NCBI RefSeq assembly: GCF_006345805.1
Contig: NC_042999.1
Location: forward strand, 78,926,001-78,990,000
DNA length: 64,000 bases
Direction: 5' to 3'
Origin: Octopus sinensis
Lineage: Eukaryota
Positions 51,600 to 64,000 of the stretch are shown piece after piece. A program made the position numbers and the translations under genes. The notes below the pieces were generated by a model. That model saw only the letters and a program-made list of their open reading frames with translations, was not told where the DNA came from and did no database searches. Each line of letters starts with the position of its first letter. Position 1 is the stretch's first letter.

Positions 51600-51639
51600 A
51601 AGCACATATACATATATGTCGCAGGTGAGATGCAAGATG

Positions 51640-51820
51640 CAGGAGGAGTGAGAGAAAGTTGTGGCGAAAGAGTCAGCAGAAGTTCGACATTACCTTCTGC
51701 CGGAGCCGCGTGGAGCTCAGGTTTTTCGCTCATAAACACACACATCGCCCGGTCTGAGATTCGAACCCGCGATCTCTCGACTGCGAGTCCGCTGCTCTAA
51801 CCACTAGGCCATGTACCTCC
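51640..51820 (-). mobile_element. 5' part of type-D SINE, directly upstream (element sense) of the LINE fragment
   Basis: Element sense ggtacatggcctagtggttagagcagcggactcgcagtcgagagatcgcgggttcgaatctc plus type-D core. Confidence 0.8.
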
Positions 51821-53128
51821 ACGTATAATGAGTTAGTGGATAGATAACAACTCTAAATATTACACACACTGTGAATGCGTGTGTGTGTATGTGTTTGTTA
51901 ATAGATACTAATAAATTACTAACTCGTAATTCTGATTTTTTTACTTTGCCGATTATTGAATAACTTGAACTAAAAAGATAGCCTGACCATACATATGCAG
52001 AAGAATCAGTAAGCAGACGGAGATGTGACAAGCCATCAGTTTTTAATCCGTTGCCAAAAACCCGTTGGAAAAGGCACCGTATATTGATCTACTCAACTGA
52101 CTGAGGTAAACATGTGATAAACATATTGATTCATATACAATAACACGATGTTTTCAAATCCTGACCAAGGAAACTAGTCACGGCTAATGAATATTTAATT
52201 CGGTTGAATAAATAAATGTTTCTTAGCTTTTCTTTTCTGCTTTGCCCCCCCCCCCCATTAAATATAGAGTATAGAAAATCCATTATATGGAAAATAAATT
52301 ATTTTAGTAATTTGGAGTTTAGAAATTCCTTAATAAATGTCGAAGAAGACATCTGCATAAATCCGTTTATCACAATCTTTTGTTCAAAATTGCAAAAGCT
52401 ATCTGAAAATGTTCTCTTTCGAGAAACAAAAAAAAACCCCAAACCTAGAGCAAAATTATAAGGGGATGCATGTTCTATAATTTACCAATTATTGTTAGCA
52501 ACTAGTGGGGCCCGTGAATATTTTACAGAATTAATGTTAAACCTATTGAGTTATTTCTGAAAACTTTATTCAAAAGACGTGAAAGCGTAGCCTGTGTTGT
52601 GTCTGTATCGAAAGATAGTCTCTAATTTGCTACTCATTGAAAAGTGTAAGAAATTGGAATACGATAATTTCTTAATGCACTATATATAGACTTTATATAC
52701 TTTATATACAATTTTATAGACTTTATACACAGCACTCACAGAATAAATATTCACTCTTATTTTTCAATTTGCCCATAAACAAACAAGCAAAAATATCCCG
52801 CACATATGATACAACTTTTAGTTAAATTACATATATCATCTGCCTCGTAAATAAGCTTGAATATTTTACGGAATTGCACTTATGCGCATGCGTTAAGTGA
52901 TAGGTGATATAAAAAAAAAACTTAGTCCAATTAAAAAAATACACTTTTCACTATCCAGTCACCAAAGAATATATTCAAAGTTTATAAATTTAAGTTTCTT
53001 GTCAGCATCAAATTTGGATTAATAACTTTGAAAAAGTGAGAGGTAAGTCACAAAAAATTTTCTACTTTCTATTATTTTTAACATCAAATACGACATTACA
53101 CTGACGTTGTGGATTAATAAGTTTATCA

Positions 53129-53283
53129 GTTATCTCGTGGCTAACTAACAAAAATAATAACCACTTTTGTAAATTGGTGCAGTTCTATGAAATATCGTTC
53201 TATAACTAAACCTGAATTGAAAATTTAATCTAATTTCTTATATAGGCATTAATATTACCATACGTGATAGGAAATATTTTCTA
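53129..53283. repeat. Dispersed AT-rich repeat; inverted copy at 58216-58368
   Basis: gttatctcgtggctaact...gcattaatattaccatacgtgataggaaatattttcta aligns with the reverse complement of 58216-58368 (~85% by eye). Confidence 0.8.
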
Positions 53284-53359
53284 CTTCACAATGCTTCTTC
53301 ATTGATTAAGAACAATATTCAGGAATTATGTAGCCACTGGATCGTACGTCAGAATCGAG

Positions 53360-53560
53360 TTGTCTAAATTGAGTGGACTGTACATCAAAGAATCACTACG
53401 GAAGTGATTCCCTTGTGGAAATAATTCCGTCCTGGAAGTACGGCCTCTACCGAGATGATAGTGTGAAACGTGTGATTGTAAAATGGGTGGTCAAAATGAA
53501 AGAGTTCATCAATATATTCAAAGGATTAAATAACAAGATCATAGTATATGCGATCTAAGT
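53360..53560 (+). mobile_element. Possible degenerate PLE RT fragment with YRDD catalytic motif
   Basis: ..LSGLYIKE..YGLYRDDS..KEFINIFKGLNNKII resembles the GLYRDDGL..IIKIFKxxGLKITI pattern of some invertebrate PLE RTs. Confidence 0.4.
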
Positions 53561-53571
53561 CGAATCTAAGC

Positions 53572-53632
<61 letters not shown>

Positions 53633-53907
53633 CGTATGTGTGTGTGGTGAAGGAGAAAAATATTATGTGAAGTAGAAGATAAAGGATTAAACTGTAAGAT
53701 CATAGTATATGCAAATCTACGTAGAATCTAAGCATAGTAATATGTATGTATATACATGTGTGTATGTGTGTGAAGTAGAAAAAATATATATGTGAAGTAC
53801 AAAATAAATGATCAAATAGCAAGATCGTAGTATATGCGAATCTAAGTACAATCTAAGCATAGTTATTTATATATATACATATATATATATATATATACAT
53901 ATATATA

Positions 53908-55563
53908 CCTACGGTATACCTAAGATCCACAAAAGTGAAAAAATAAGCAACGCATGCAAGATAGCTACAGACAAAATAATTAAAGTCCCTAATCCTAATG
54001 ACCTCAAATTGAGACCCATAATAGCAGGTCCCGCATGCGAAACCCACCGCCTCAGTAACTTTTTAGACACCCTGTTAAAACCACTCTCAAACATGTCAAA
54101 AGCTATATAAGGGACGACTTAGATATGCTTAATCACCTACCGAATACTATAAACAAAAACACCATACTGGTATCCTTCGATGTAGTCAACCTCTACTCCA
54201 ATATCCCCCACAACCTAGGACTAGAGGCAATCCAATTCTGGCTAGAGAATCACGCCAACGAACTACCACACCCACATCAAAAAAGAATTTGTGATAGAAG
54301 GGTTTAAATTCATCCTGGAAAATAACTTCTTCGCCTTCAATGACAACTTCTACCGACAAAAATCGGGGACTGCGATGGGTACACGAATGGCCCCCTCCTT
54401 TGCCAACCTAGTCATAGGATACCTAGAGATCAGTCTGTATCGTAAGGTTCTAGAAAGATATGGCAGCCCTTTCTCCATCTACATAGAAAACAACTGGAAG
54501 AGATATCTAGATGACTGTTTCATCCTTTGGCATAAAAATATAGAAAAACTCATAGAATTCCAGAAAATTTTAAACGGACTGGACGTAAACATCCAATCAC
54601 GATGGAATATAGCCACAACAACTCCCCTTCCTCGATATCCTCATTAAGAAAGCTAATAATATAATAGAAACAGACATATACTATAAGCCTACAGACTCTA
54701 AGCAATATCTTCCATTCAATTCATGCCACCCCAGACACACACCAGATGAATATCCCCTTCAATCTAGCAAAAAGGATATGCACTATATCTCTAACGCAAA
54801 CACCAGAGACACACGACTACAAGAACTAAAAGATACCCTAATCACCAGGAACTATCCACCTTCACTTATTGACAAGTGCATTCAACGTGCCCTTCAACTT
54901 AACATCAAGGAACTGAGACATCCCAAATCAAAGAAAAACTTACAACCAAAAGCCTTACCATACATCTCCACACACAACCCTCTCAATAACGAAGCCTTCG
55001 ACACCATCCTCCACAACATACCCCTCCTAAAAAAGACCACAGAATGACACAATCCTCCAAACACACACGATCATAAAAAGCAAAACACAGCCTAGATCCA
55101 TGAAAAGTCTCCTACACAAGCCCGAATTCACTCTTCAACACAGAAGCCGACAGTAAAAAATGTGGAAGACCCAATTGCGGGATATGCGACTATCTAATCG
55201 AGGGTTCTGAGTTCTCCTTTCAAACAGGACAACGGTTTACAGTGGAAAAGCAACTTTACATGTGCTTCGGAGAATCTAATATACTCACTAACCTGCTCCG
55301 GGTGTCAAGAGCAGTACATAGGCCAAACAAAAAATGGTTTGCGTAAACGAATGGCCCTGCACAGATCCCAGATAAAAATTCCCCAAAACAGAAAAATAAC
55401 TTTTAGCCAACACATAGATACTTGCGCCAAAAAAAAACACCAAACTTCAGAATTTTCCCCCTCTACCAATTTAGGGACGATACAACCTCGAGACAAGAAT
55501 AAGTAAAGAAAATCTCTTATTACAAAATACAAGCCACTTCTTAACGGGTCTACGACAAACAAT
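53908..55563 (+). pseudogene. PLE RT-endonuclease coding region, frameshifted
   Basis: YGIPKIHK, LRPIIAGPACETHRLS, SFDVVNLYSNIPHNLG, GTAMGTRMAPSFANL, WKRYLDDCF, ETDIYYKPTDSKQYL, KCGRPNCGICDY, FTCASENLIYSLTCSGCQEQYIGQT. Confidence 0.88.
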
Positions 55564-56382
55564 TAATATACCTCAACTTTAGAATAAAAGAAAAAATATA
55601 TATATACACACACAAAACTACACTCCATAGAATCCATTACTAATCAGCCCCTTCATAGCTATATTTACACCCATTCATATTCTCCCTTCTCTGTTTTTTT
55701 CTTCTTCTTCTTCTTCATCATCATCGTATCATCATCATCGGCGTCATCATCATCGCCACCATCATCACCACCATCTTCTCCTTCTCCTCCTTCTTCTTCT
55801 TCATCATCATCATCGTTATCATCATCATCGTCGTCATAATCATCACCACCATCACCATCATCTTCTCCTTCCCTTCTCCTTCTCTTCTTCTTCTCTCCTT
55901 CTTCTTCTCTTCTCTTCTTCTTCTTCTTCTTCTTCTTCTTCTCCACCCCCTACCCCTTAAGTTTGTCATTAATGTTTTTTAGTATAACACCTACGCTAAT
56001 TGTATAAACAAGCCTGTCAATATAAATATTCTCCTGAATTGAACTGAGACTGCCAGCCGCCACTGACCATTCAAAATACGACCATCAGGGCACTCCCAGA
56101 TCTCCTACCCCCCTTTCCTCACCAGCCTTCCCTCTACTACCCTACCAAGAACTCACAACTACCCGCGAACACACAAGTGCAAACAAGGGAGTCAGAGAAG
56201 GCAGAATGCCACTTAAATCTGAACACTACTATAGAATATTCTTTTAAGAAAACTTTTCTTCTAATTTTTCTAAATTTAATTATTTAATCGTACAGTTAAA
56301 AGGTCTCAAAATGACCGAAACCGGTACTGAAATGTTCACTATAAAATTATTTTAGCATTTTCTATTTTTTACTTGTTTTTTC
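53908..56382 (+). mobile_element. 5'-truncated Neptune-type PLE (second family), inserted in (TA)n
   Basis: RT + GIY-YIG coding region, 3' UTR with CTT/CAT array (~55680-55945), tail with hammerhead-like motif (56293-56329); (TA)n on both sides. Confidence 0.9.
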
Positions 56383-56404
56383 ATATACATATATATATAT
56401 ATAG

Positions 56405-56430
<26 letters not shown>

Positions 56431-56437
<7 letters not shown>

Positions 56438-57832
56438 TCCCCCCCCTTCTACGTTTCTCTATCTCTCACCTGCAGCCCCCTCGATCTGTCTCTTTCTTCT
56501 CCTCCCTCGCGTCCACCTTCTCTCTCTTTTCATCTGTCCCTTTCTCCTGTCTTTTGTTCTCACGTGACCGCTAGCCGCGTTGAGCGCTCTTTTCGTTTCA
56601 GCAGTCGCAGAAGCAACACGTATTTGTTCGTCTCCCCGCGGCCATTAGGCACAACTTCACAAGCCAGCCCCATACTCACTCGTCCTGTCGAAAGACCCTT
56701 GTCCTACGTCCTGGTTTTGTTTTGTTGTTTATTTTTTATTTTTACCGTTATTGTTTTACGTTTTTGATTCTTATTGGTGTCACATATTCTGTATTTTTGG
56801 TTGTGTACTTCGTTCGTTTTCCGTCCTCGCGTTGTATACATTCGAAGCTTTCTTCCAGGGGATCTAATGCGCTTGGCTTAGATTTCCCTTGGCGGCTGGC
56901 CATATCGAGCAATCTCAAGATTAATCAGCCGAAATTGCTAAGATGATCTGGTTCTTGACTGATGACTGAGGGCTTCGAATGTCCCGTCCTGTGGTTCTTG
57001 TGTCGTCTCTGTGGTGTTTCATGTTCTTGTCCATGTCTGTAATTATTTTTACTGTTTACCTATATAATCGGCGGCTACGTATCCACAATTGTCCTTATAC
57101 GATAAGTATATTTTTTCTCTAGCATTGATACGACTCTTAATCTGTCTCTTTCTCTCTCTCTCTCCTCCCTTATTCCCCTTCCTTTCTTTCCCTCTCCATC
57201 CGTCTCCCCCCCCTTCTACGTTTCTCTATCTCTCACCTCCAGCCCCCTCGATCTGTCTCTTTCTTCTCCTCCCTCGTCCACCTTCTCTCTCTTTTCATCT
57301 GTCCCTTTCCCTGTCTTTTGTTCTCACGTGACCGCTAGCCGCTGTTGAGCGCTCTTTTCGTTTCAGCAGTCGCAGAAGCAACACGTATTTGTTCGTCTCC
57401 CCGCGGCCATTAGGCACAACTTCACAAGCCAGCCCCATACTCAACTCGTCCTGTCGAAAGACCCTTGTCCTACGTCCTGGTTTTGTTTTGTTGTTTATTT
57501 TTTATTTTTACCGTTATTGTTTTTACGTTTTTGTATTCTTATTGGTGTCACATATTCTGTATTTTTGGTTGTGTACTTCGTTCGTTTTCCGTCCTCGCGT
57601 TGTATACATTCGAAGCTTTCTTCCAGGGGATCTAATGCGCTTGGCTTAGATTTCCCTTGGCGGGCTGGCCATATCGGAGCAATCTCAAGATTAATCAGCC
57701 GAAATTGCTAAGATGATCTGGTTCTTGACTGATGACTGAGGGCTTCGAATGTCCCGTCCTGTGGTTCTTGTGTCGTCTCTGTTGTGTGTTTCATGTTCTT
57801 GTCCATGTCTGTAATTATTTTTACTGTTTACC
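56431..57832 (+). mobile_element. Non-coding partial-tandem element: truncated copy (56431-57060) plus full 766-bp monomer (57067-57832), in (TA)n
   Basis: 56431-57060 is a near-identical direct repeat of 57198-57832; TATATA at the junction; (TA)n at both outer ends; no credible ORF. Confidence 0.7.
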
Positions 57833-57866
<34 letters not shown>

Positions 57867-57867
<1 letters not shown>

Positions 57868-58097
57868 AAGTTAATCCAAACAAGAAAACACAGAAAAAAA
57901 GAAAAAACACAGCAACGCGAGGACGTGGAACAATTAAAGTATTATTGACGCTCAGGAAAGAAGGGAAGGAGGGTTTAACGTTTCGAGCGGAGTTCTTCGT
58001 TGGAAACAAGGAGAAGGAAAGATCCCGAGAAGGGAAGACAGAGGAAAAAATTTTTTGCTGGTGGTGTTCAAGAGATCACATTTGAGATCACACACAC

Positions 58098-58100
<3 letters not shown>
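57867..58100 (-). mobile_element. Short PLE 3' tail (relative of the 7.5-15 kb family)
   Basis: Element sense gttt-CCAACGA-A-GAAC-tcc-GCTC-GAAA-C-GTT-aaac (57973-58007) and tail ending tttggattaac; flanked by TA tracts. Confidence 0.8.
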
Positions 58101-58193
<93 letters not shown>

Positions 58194-59590
58194 TATGTGT
58201 ATGTAATGTGTGCGATAGAAAATATTCTTATCATGTATGGTAATATTAATGCCAGATAAATAATTAGATTAAATTTTCAGTTGAGGTTTAGTTATAGAAC
58301 AATATTCCAGATAACTGTACCAATTTACAAAAGTGAATATTATTTTTATTAGTTAGCCACGAGATAACGGTTATTTTTGCTAGTTAGTCACAAGATAACT
58401 TCGGATATAGTTTTTGATAAATACTGTCCTTATTAACCCGCTTTTCGTAACAAATCACCTCTTAAAAATCAATCATACTGCCGTGTGTACAGGAATATTT
58501 TCCTTATATATTATCCTGTTGTTTCCCTATTTCGCTTTGATTATAACCACTTCAATTTTACCTTGTTGCATTTCTTTATTCTATTTCTCTTTGGCTTTTA
58601 CTACAGGCAAAGCGAAATATATAGAGAAATATGCAGTATCATCCTACTCGACCGGTCATCGCAAAGTCGCCTCGCTGGCGATTGCACAACCAAAACTTTT
58701 AGGTTCAATAACGTATGCAAAAGACCTCACAGACACTCGCCACGCTACTGACATGACTCAGACACAAACCAGTGCAAGACACCCGGTGCTAATATGAGTT
58801 GTAGGCTCAGGAGCGTGGGAGCGTCATGATCTTAAGCGCAAGCAAAAAGTCTCCAAAATATTTACTATCTACTCCCTGAATATCTGGTTTTATATCAGAG
58901 CGACCTTCTTCTACAGAGATGCTTTAACAAATGCTGAGGGCTGACTCACTCCCAGTGGTCTTCCAGTACGTCTGATACCAACCTGAAATTTCTGGGGGCT
59001 CGTGCTAGAACTAAGTTCAACCGACATTTTGACAGATCTTGTTTTTGGTTCTGTTCGGTTCTTATAGCAACCCTCCATACTAGACAAGCCTGGTGGGGGT
59101 GCTGGTTTAGATGTCGACGACGGCTTGTATTGGATTCCAGTAGCACTCATGAGAGACCTCAGAAGCGAAGTGATACACACTCACACACACACACACACGT
59201 ACGTAGTACATGCATGCATGCATAGGTAGACAGATAGATAGATAGACAGATAGCTAGCTGGCTAGATAGATAGATAGATAGAGGAAGAGTTTAGATCACT
59301 GTTGATCCAAACTATTAGGTATACATTTGGTATGAGTGTTCTAATGGCTTAGCTACTAGGATCCAATTTCACAACACGGGCTGCAGTTGTGGTGGCCACT
59401 GTCCAGTAGGGAGCGAACTGGGGATCCGTAGTCTACCTCCGAGTCATACACACACACACACACATGCATACCTACATACATAATACATAAATACATCCAT
59501 ACTTACATAGACATACCTATACATATTCAATTTTCACTGCTTTTTTCTTTGCATTAAATATGCATACATATACATACATACATACATACA

Positions 59591-59622
<32 letters not shown>

Positions 59623-59630
59623 CATATATA

Positions 59631-59952
59631 TTGAGAATTTACAAAAAACAAAAGACGAAGACGGGTGTGTAAACGACAAACAGATGTATTAGTTTAACGC
59701 TCGGGAAGTGAAAAAGCCTTTTACATTTCGAGCCTACGCTCTTCGACAGAGAAGAACACAGAAATAAACAAGGAGAGAAAATCGAAAAATTTTAGTAGCT
59801 AGAGATCTATCACGGCGCAAGTGCGAATTGAGAGAAACGACCATAGGAAAAAGCAGAAAGTACAAAAAAGATTAGACAAGTTCAAAGGGTTCAAACGTCG
59901 TGGTGTATTGGACCGATTCTCATCAAGGAAAAGCCCAGTTTAATCCATGGGT
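59631..59952 (-). mobile_element. PLE 3' tail (CUGUCGA family)
   Basis: Element sense CTGTCGA-A-GAGC-gtag-GCTC-GAAA-T-GTA-aaag (59718-59753); TA-rich tracts on both sides. Confidence 0.75.
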
Positions 59953-60007
59953 AATATATATATATATATAGATATATATATATATATGCATATCTGTCTG
60001 TCTGTAG

Positions 60008-60095
<88 letters not shown>

Positions 60096-60298
60096 TATAT
60101 ATACATACATTATATATATATATTATATAACATGCACGCACAAATTATGTATATATGTATACATACATGTATATACATACATACATACATACACACACAT
60201 ACAATATATATATATATTATATATATTATTATATATATAATATAATATCATGCACGCACACATACATTTATGTATGAGTGTTCATATCTGTCTCTCTG

Positions 60299-60375
<77 letters not shown>

Positions 60376-61063
60376 GTCTGTCTGTCTGTCTGCATGCCTG
60401 TCTGTCTGTGTATCTATCTATCTATGCTTTCTTCCCAACCAAATGGTTCCAGGTTCAGTCCCACTGCGTGTCAACTTGGGCAAGTTTCTTCTTATATAGC
60501 TTCGGGCCGACCAAAATCTTGTGAGTGGATTTGGTTGATGGAAACTGAAAGAAGCCATTCGTCGTTTGTGTGTGTGTGTGTGTCTTTGTGTCGTCTATGT
60601 TTCTCCCCCACCAGCGGTCACGTCCCCGTAACTTTGTAGTTCGGCAAAAGACCCCGATAAAATAAGTACTGGGATTAAAAAAATTGGTTCGACTAAAGTT
60701 CTTCAAAGCAGTACCCCAGCATGTCTACACACACACACACGCACACACACACACACGCACACACACACACACACGCACACACACACACACGCACACACAC
60801 ACACACACACATTACATTAATGCATGAAAAAATTTATATACACTGTCATATGTAGAAATAGTTAATATGAATATAATATAAATACATATATATATAATAT
60901 AAATACATATATATATATATATAAATGTATATACATATACATACATACATATATATATATATACACACACACACACATATATATATATACATATATACAC
61001 ACACACACACATATATGAATGATATTATATATATATATATGTATGTATGTACCAATATGATAT

Positions 61064-61126
<63 letters not shown>

Positions 61127-61651
61127 GGATATGGCAGTCATATCTTGCAAAAGTATTCAGGATGGCAGGGGGATGGAGGGAGAGAAAAGAAATTACATTT
61201 ATAGCAAACAGATAAGTGTGATTGCACCGACTAGACTCGCCTGTATGTCTGCATTAAACGGCGCTATTTATCTCTTTGACAAAATGATATGTAAGCCAGA
61301 ATATCTGTAATATCATGTAGGCAAAAGTGACACTATCGTCATCTTTAGCTTTGTTGCTGTTACTGCTGTTGGAGCAATTATTGTTGCTTTTGTTGCAAGT
61401 GTTGTTGTTTTTGCTGTTGTTGCTGTTACAATCATTGATTCAGATTTAGTTCTGCTTTGATATTTATTATTTTTATTATTATTATTATTAATATTTTACA
61501 GTGAGATTTATTAAAAGAAAACGAGTTCCCCTTTATTGCTTCAGTAATTTTTGATAAAAGCAAATTATGGATATTATCTGCGATGAATCTATTGTATGTA
61601 TGTCGACACAGCATACATATACACGCACACCCCACCCACAAACACACAAGC

Positions 61652-61701
<50 letters not shown>

Positions 61702-61867
61702 ACATACATGTATATATATATATACACGTATGTATATATGTATATCAACCATGTATATATATAATACATATATAAATAAAATATATACATATATGTATAT
61801 ATATGTATATATATGTGTATATATATGTTGATATATGCATATATACATATTATCATCTATCTATCTA

Positions 61868-61917
<50 letters not shown>

Positions 61918-61930
61918 ATATATATTTATT

Positions 61931-62026
<96 letters not shown>

Positions 62027-62686
62027 GTACATGCATATGAATTCATGTCAATTATGTCTGTACGGATTGGCAACTTGTCAATAAATAGAAGTTCTAGATT
62101 ATGTACTCACACCTTTCATCGTGTTCGTAACAACAACACACACACACACACACATGCTTCCCCGTACATATATACACTCATACGTTTACATCTACATACA
62201 CACACACAGATATATAATTCATTGAAGCAAAGTCATCTATGAATATCTGCATGTAACATGATTGTCTCTCGCTTCATACACATTTATCCGTCTCCCTTAC
62301 TCAACCACACCTACTTACCTACCTAAAACACGCATGTATATATATCTATATATATATATATATATATATATATAGCTACACGCTTGCACGAGAGCGCACA
62401 CACGCACACTCAAATATATGAATTCACATGCGTATATATTCATTATACATTATGTTTGCGTGTTTGCATTCGTCTACTGATGTATAGAAAATTAGTGTAA
62501 TGGATAATAGATTGGCAGAAGAAATTAGTTTAGCCGATTGCAAACGAAAAATGTCTCTATTATAATACGATTGTAATATTATTGTGCCTGACAATAGTCT
62601 ACTGTGATATCTGATATTCTCTCAGAGAGGAGGGCGTATATGTATCCAAACGTACATCTACATTTACACATGCATGCATACATACA

Positions 62687-62779
<93 letters not shown>

Positions 62780-62782
62780 TTA

Positions 62783-62829
<47 letters not shown>

Positions 62830-63038
62830 ATGCATATATATATATGTCTGTGTATATATATATATATACATACATACATACACATATATATATACACATA
62901 TACACATATATACATACGTATATATATATACATCTATATTTACATGCATATATATGCACACATATATAATAAATATACGCATATATAAGCACACACGTAA
63001 GCTCGCACACGCACACACACATTCATACACATGCATAT

Positions 63039-63069
<31 letters not shown>

Positions 63070-64000
63070 CATATATACACACACACACACATATATGAAT
63101 GATATTATGTATATATTAGTGACAGAAATATTTCAACCAAGTAAATATGTATTTCATATATGTGTGTGTGTGTATGTATGTATGTAGTTATGTATGTATG
63201 TATGTGTGTGTACGTGTATATCTATGTATATATATATATATATAGTTGTGTGTGTGTGTTATGACCCTTCCCCATTTCTTTAAATGCTCTACATTTTAAA
63301 ACCAAAATAAAGGACACCATACTCATACTTATTTCCCCAATGTTGAAAAGATACATTAGTCATAAAAATTTCGTCCATAATTGTTATGCCACATTTGTAA
63401 GCTAACTCATTTTATATTGTATACGTCTTGGGTTTCATATTTTACTAAACTGATCTGAGTGCCTTAACTAGATATTTCGCCTTGGAGAATTAAACTAAAA
63501 ATATCCAAATGAATCTGATTTCACTCGAGTCCTCTGATGCAGTAAATAGGCATGCAATATTGTAGTTCATTTGGCCAAAACAATGCTAGTATGTCATAAT
63601 CAGAAAGAGTATTCCTACTACATTTATTTGGAGGATCTATTTATGAGATTTTGTCCTATGTGGGTAATTTTAAAACCATGGAACATCAACGCTCCAACTA
63701 TAATGCTTCAAAAATCGTCTTGCCTCTCACTTTCATCCTATAGCAACGATTTCAAAAGATTCGGTTTCTAAACAGAATCAGTTCAACATGTTTCATCGCT
63801 CACACGTGTCTCAGACACATACACAAACACTCTAAACAGCTTATCCCTCTTTCTCATTTGTAAATCTAACTTCTGAAGGTATCGGTTCCGGTTATGACTA
63901 TTTCATAGCGATTGCCCAACTCGCTTCTACACTCTATACAACACACTCAATCATGGACTACTTGGCTCTTCACATCAACCAACTAGTCGGAGCTCTTTGT

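Noticed and set aside
53521-53865. Repeat-spacer pattern as CRISPR-like array
   Set aside because: Eukaryotic context, only three divergent units, and the spacers are microsatellites.
57720-57760. CTGATGA...GAATGTC in the 766-bp monomer as a hammerhead ribozyme
   Set aside because: Its position ~100 nt from the 3' end is suggestive, but I could not form helix I or II and GAAA is absent. The CTGTCGAA word at ~57450 also fails.
61214-61300. Possible micro-exon ending AT|GTAAGC
   Set aside because: Weak acceptor and no recognisable peptide; such sites are common by chance. The candidate at 35417-35497 was also rejected because it has stops in all frames.

Overview
This is repeat-saturated, AT-rich eukaryotic non-coding DNA. 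It is most likely an octopus/cephalopod intron or intergenic region, inferred from the tRNA-derived SINE families and extreme microsatellite density. No host protein-coding gene, genuine tRNA/rRNA gene or CRISPR array can be supported, and nearly all ORFs in the supplied track are microsatellite artefacts. The dominant biology is a Penelope-like element (PLE) ecosystem. It includes one near full-length, young Neptune-type PLE (7504-14959, minus) with RT + GIY-YIG, ~1.24 kb pseudo-LTR direct repeats and a ~3 kb CA-rich 3' region. There is also a second 5'-truncated PLE (53908-56382) and about eight short PLE tails. Nearly every PLE 3' end abuts (TA)n, and most carry a minimal hammerhead-ribozyme-shaped motif with non-canonical cores (CCGACGA, CUGUCGA, UUGAAAA). 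A 766-bp non-coding element with the same partial-tandem, (TA)n-embedded architecture (56431-57832) is a candidate non-autonomous PLE parasite. Also present are CR1/L2-type LINE copies sharing a 3' stem-loop with a SINE family, R4/Dong, L1/Tx1-like and RTE-like remnants, modular SINEs, a Tc1 fragment, hAT MITEs, and a DD37D (maT) transposon containing a near-perfect 231-bp-arm palindrome. All alignments were done by eye; coordinates are approximate to a few bases and identities are estimates.
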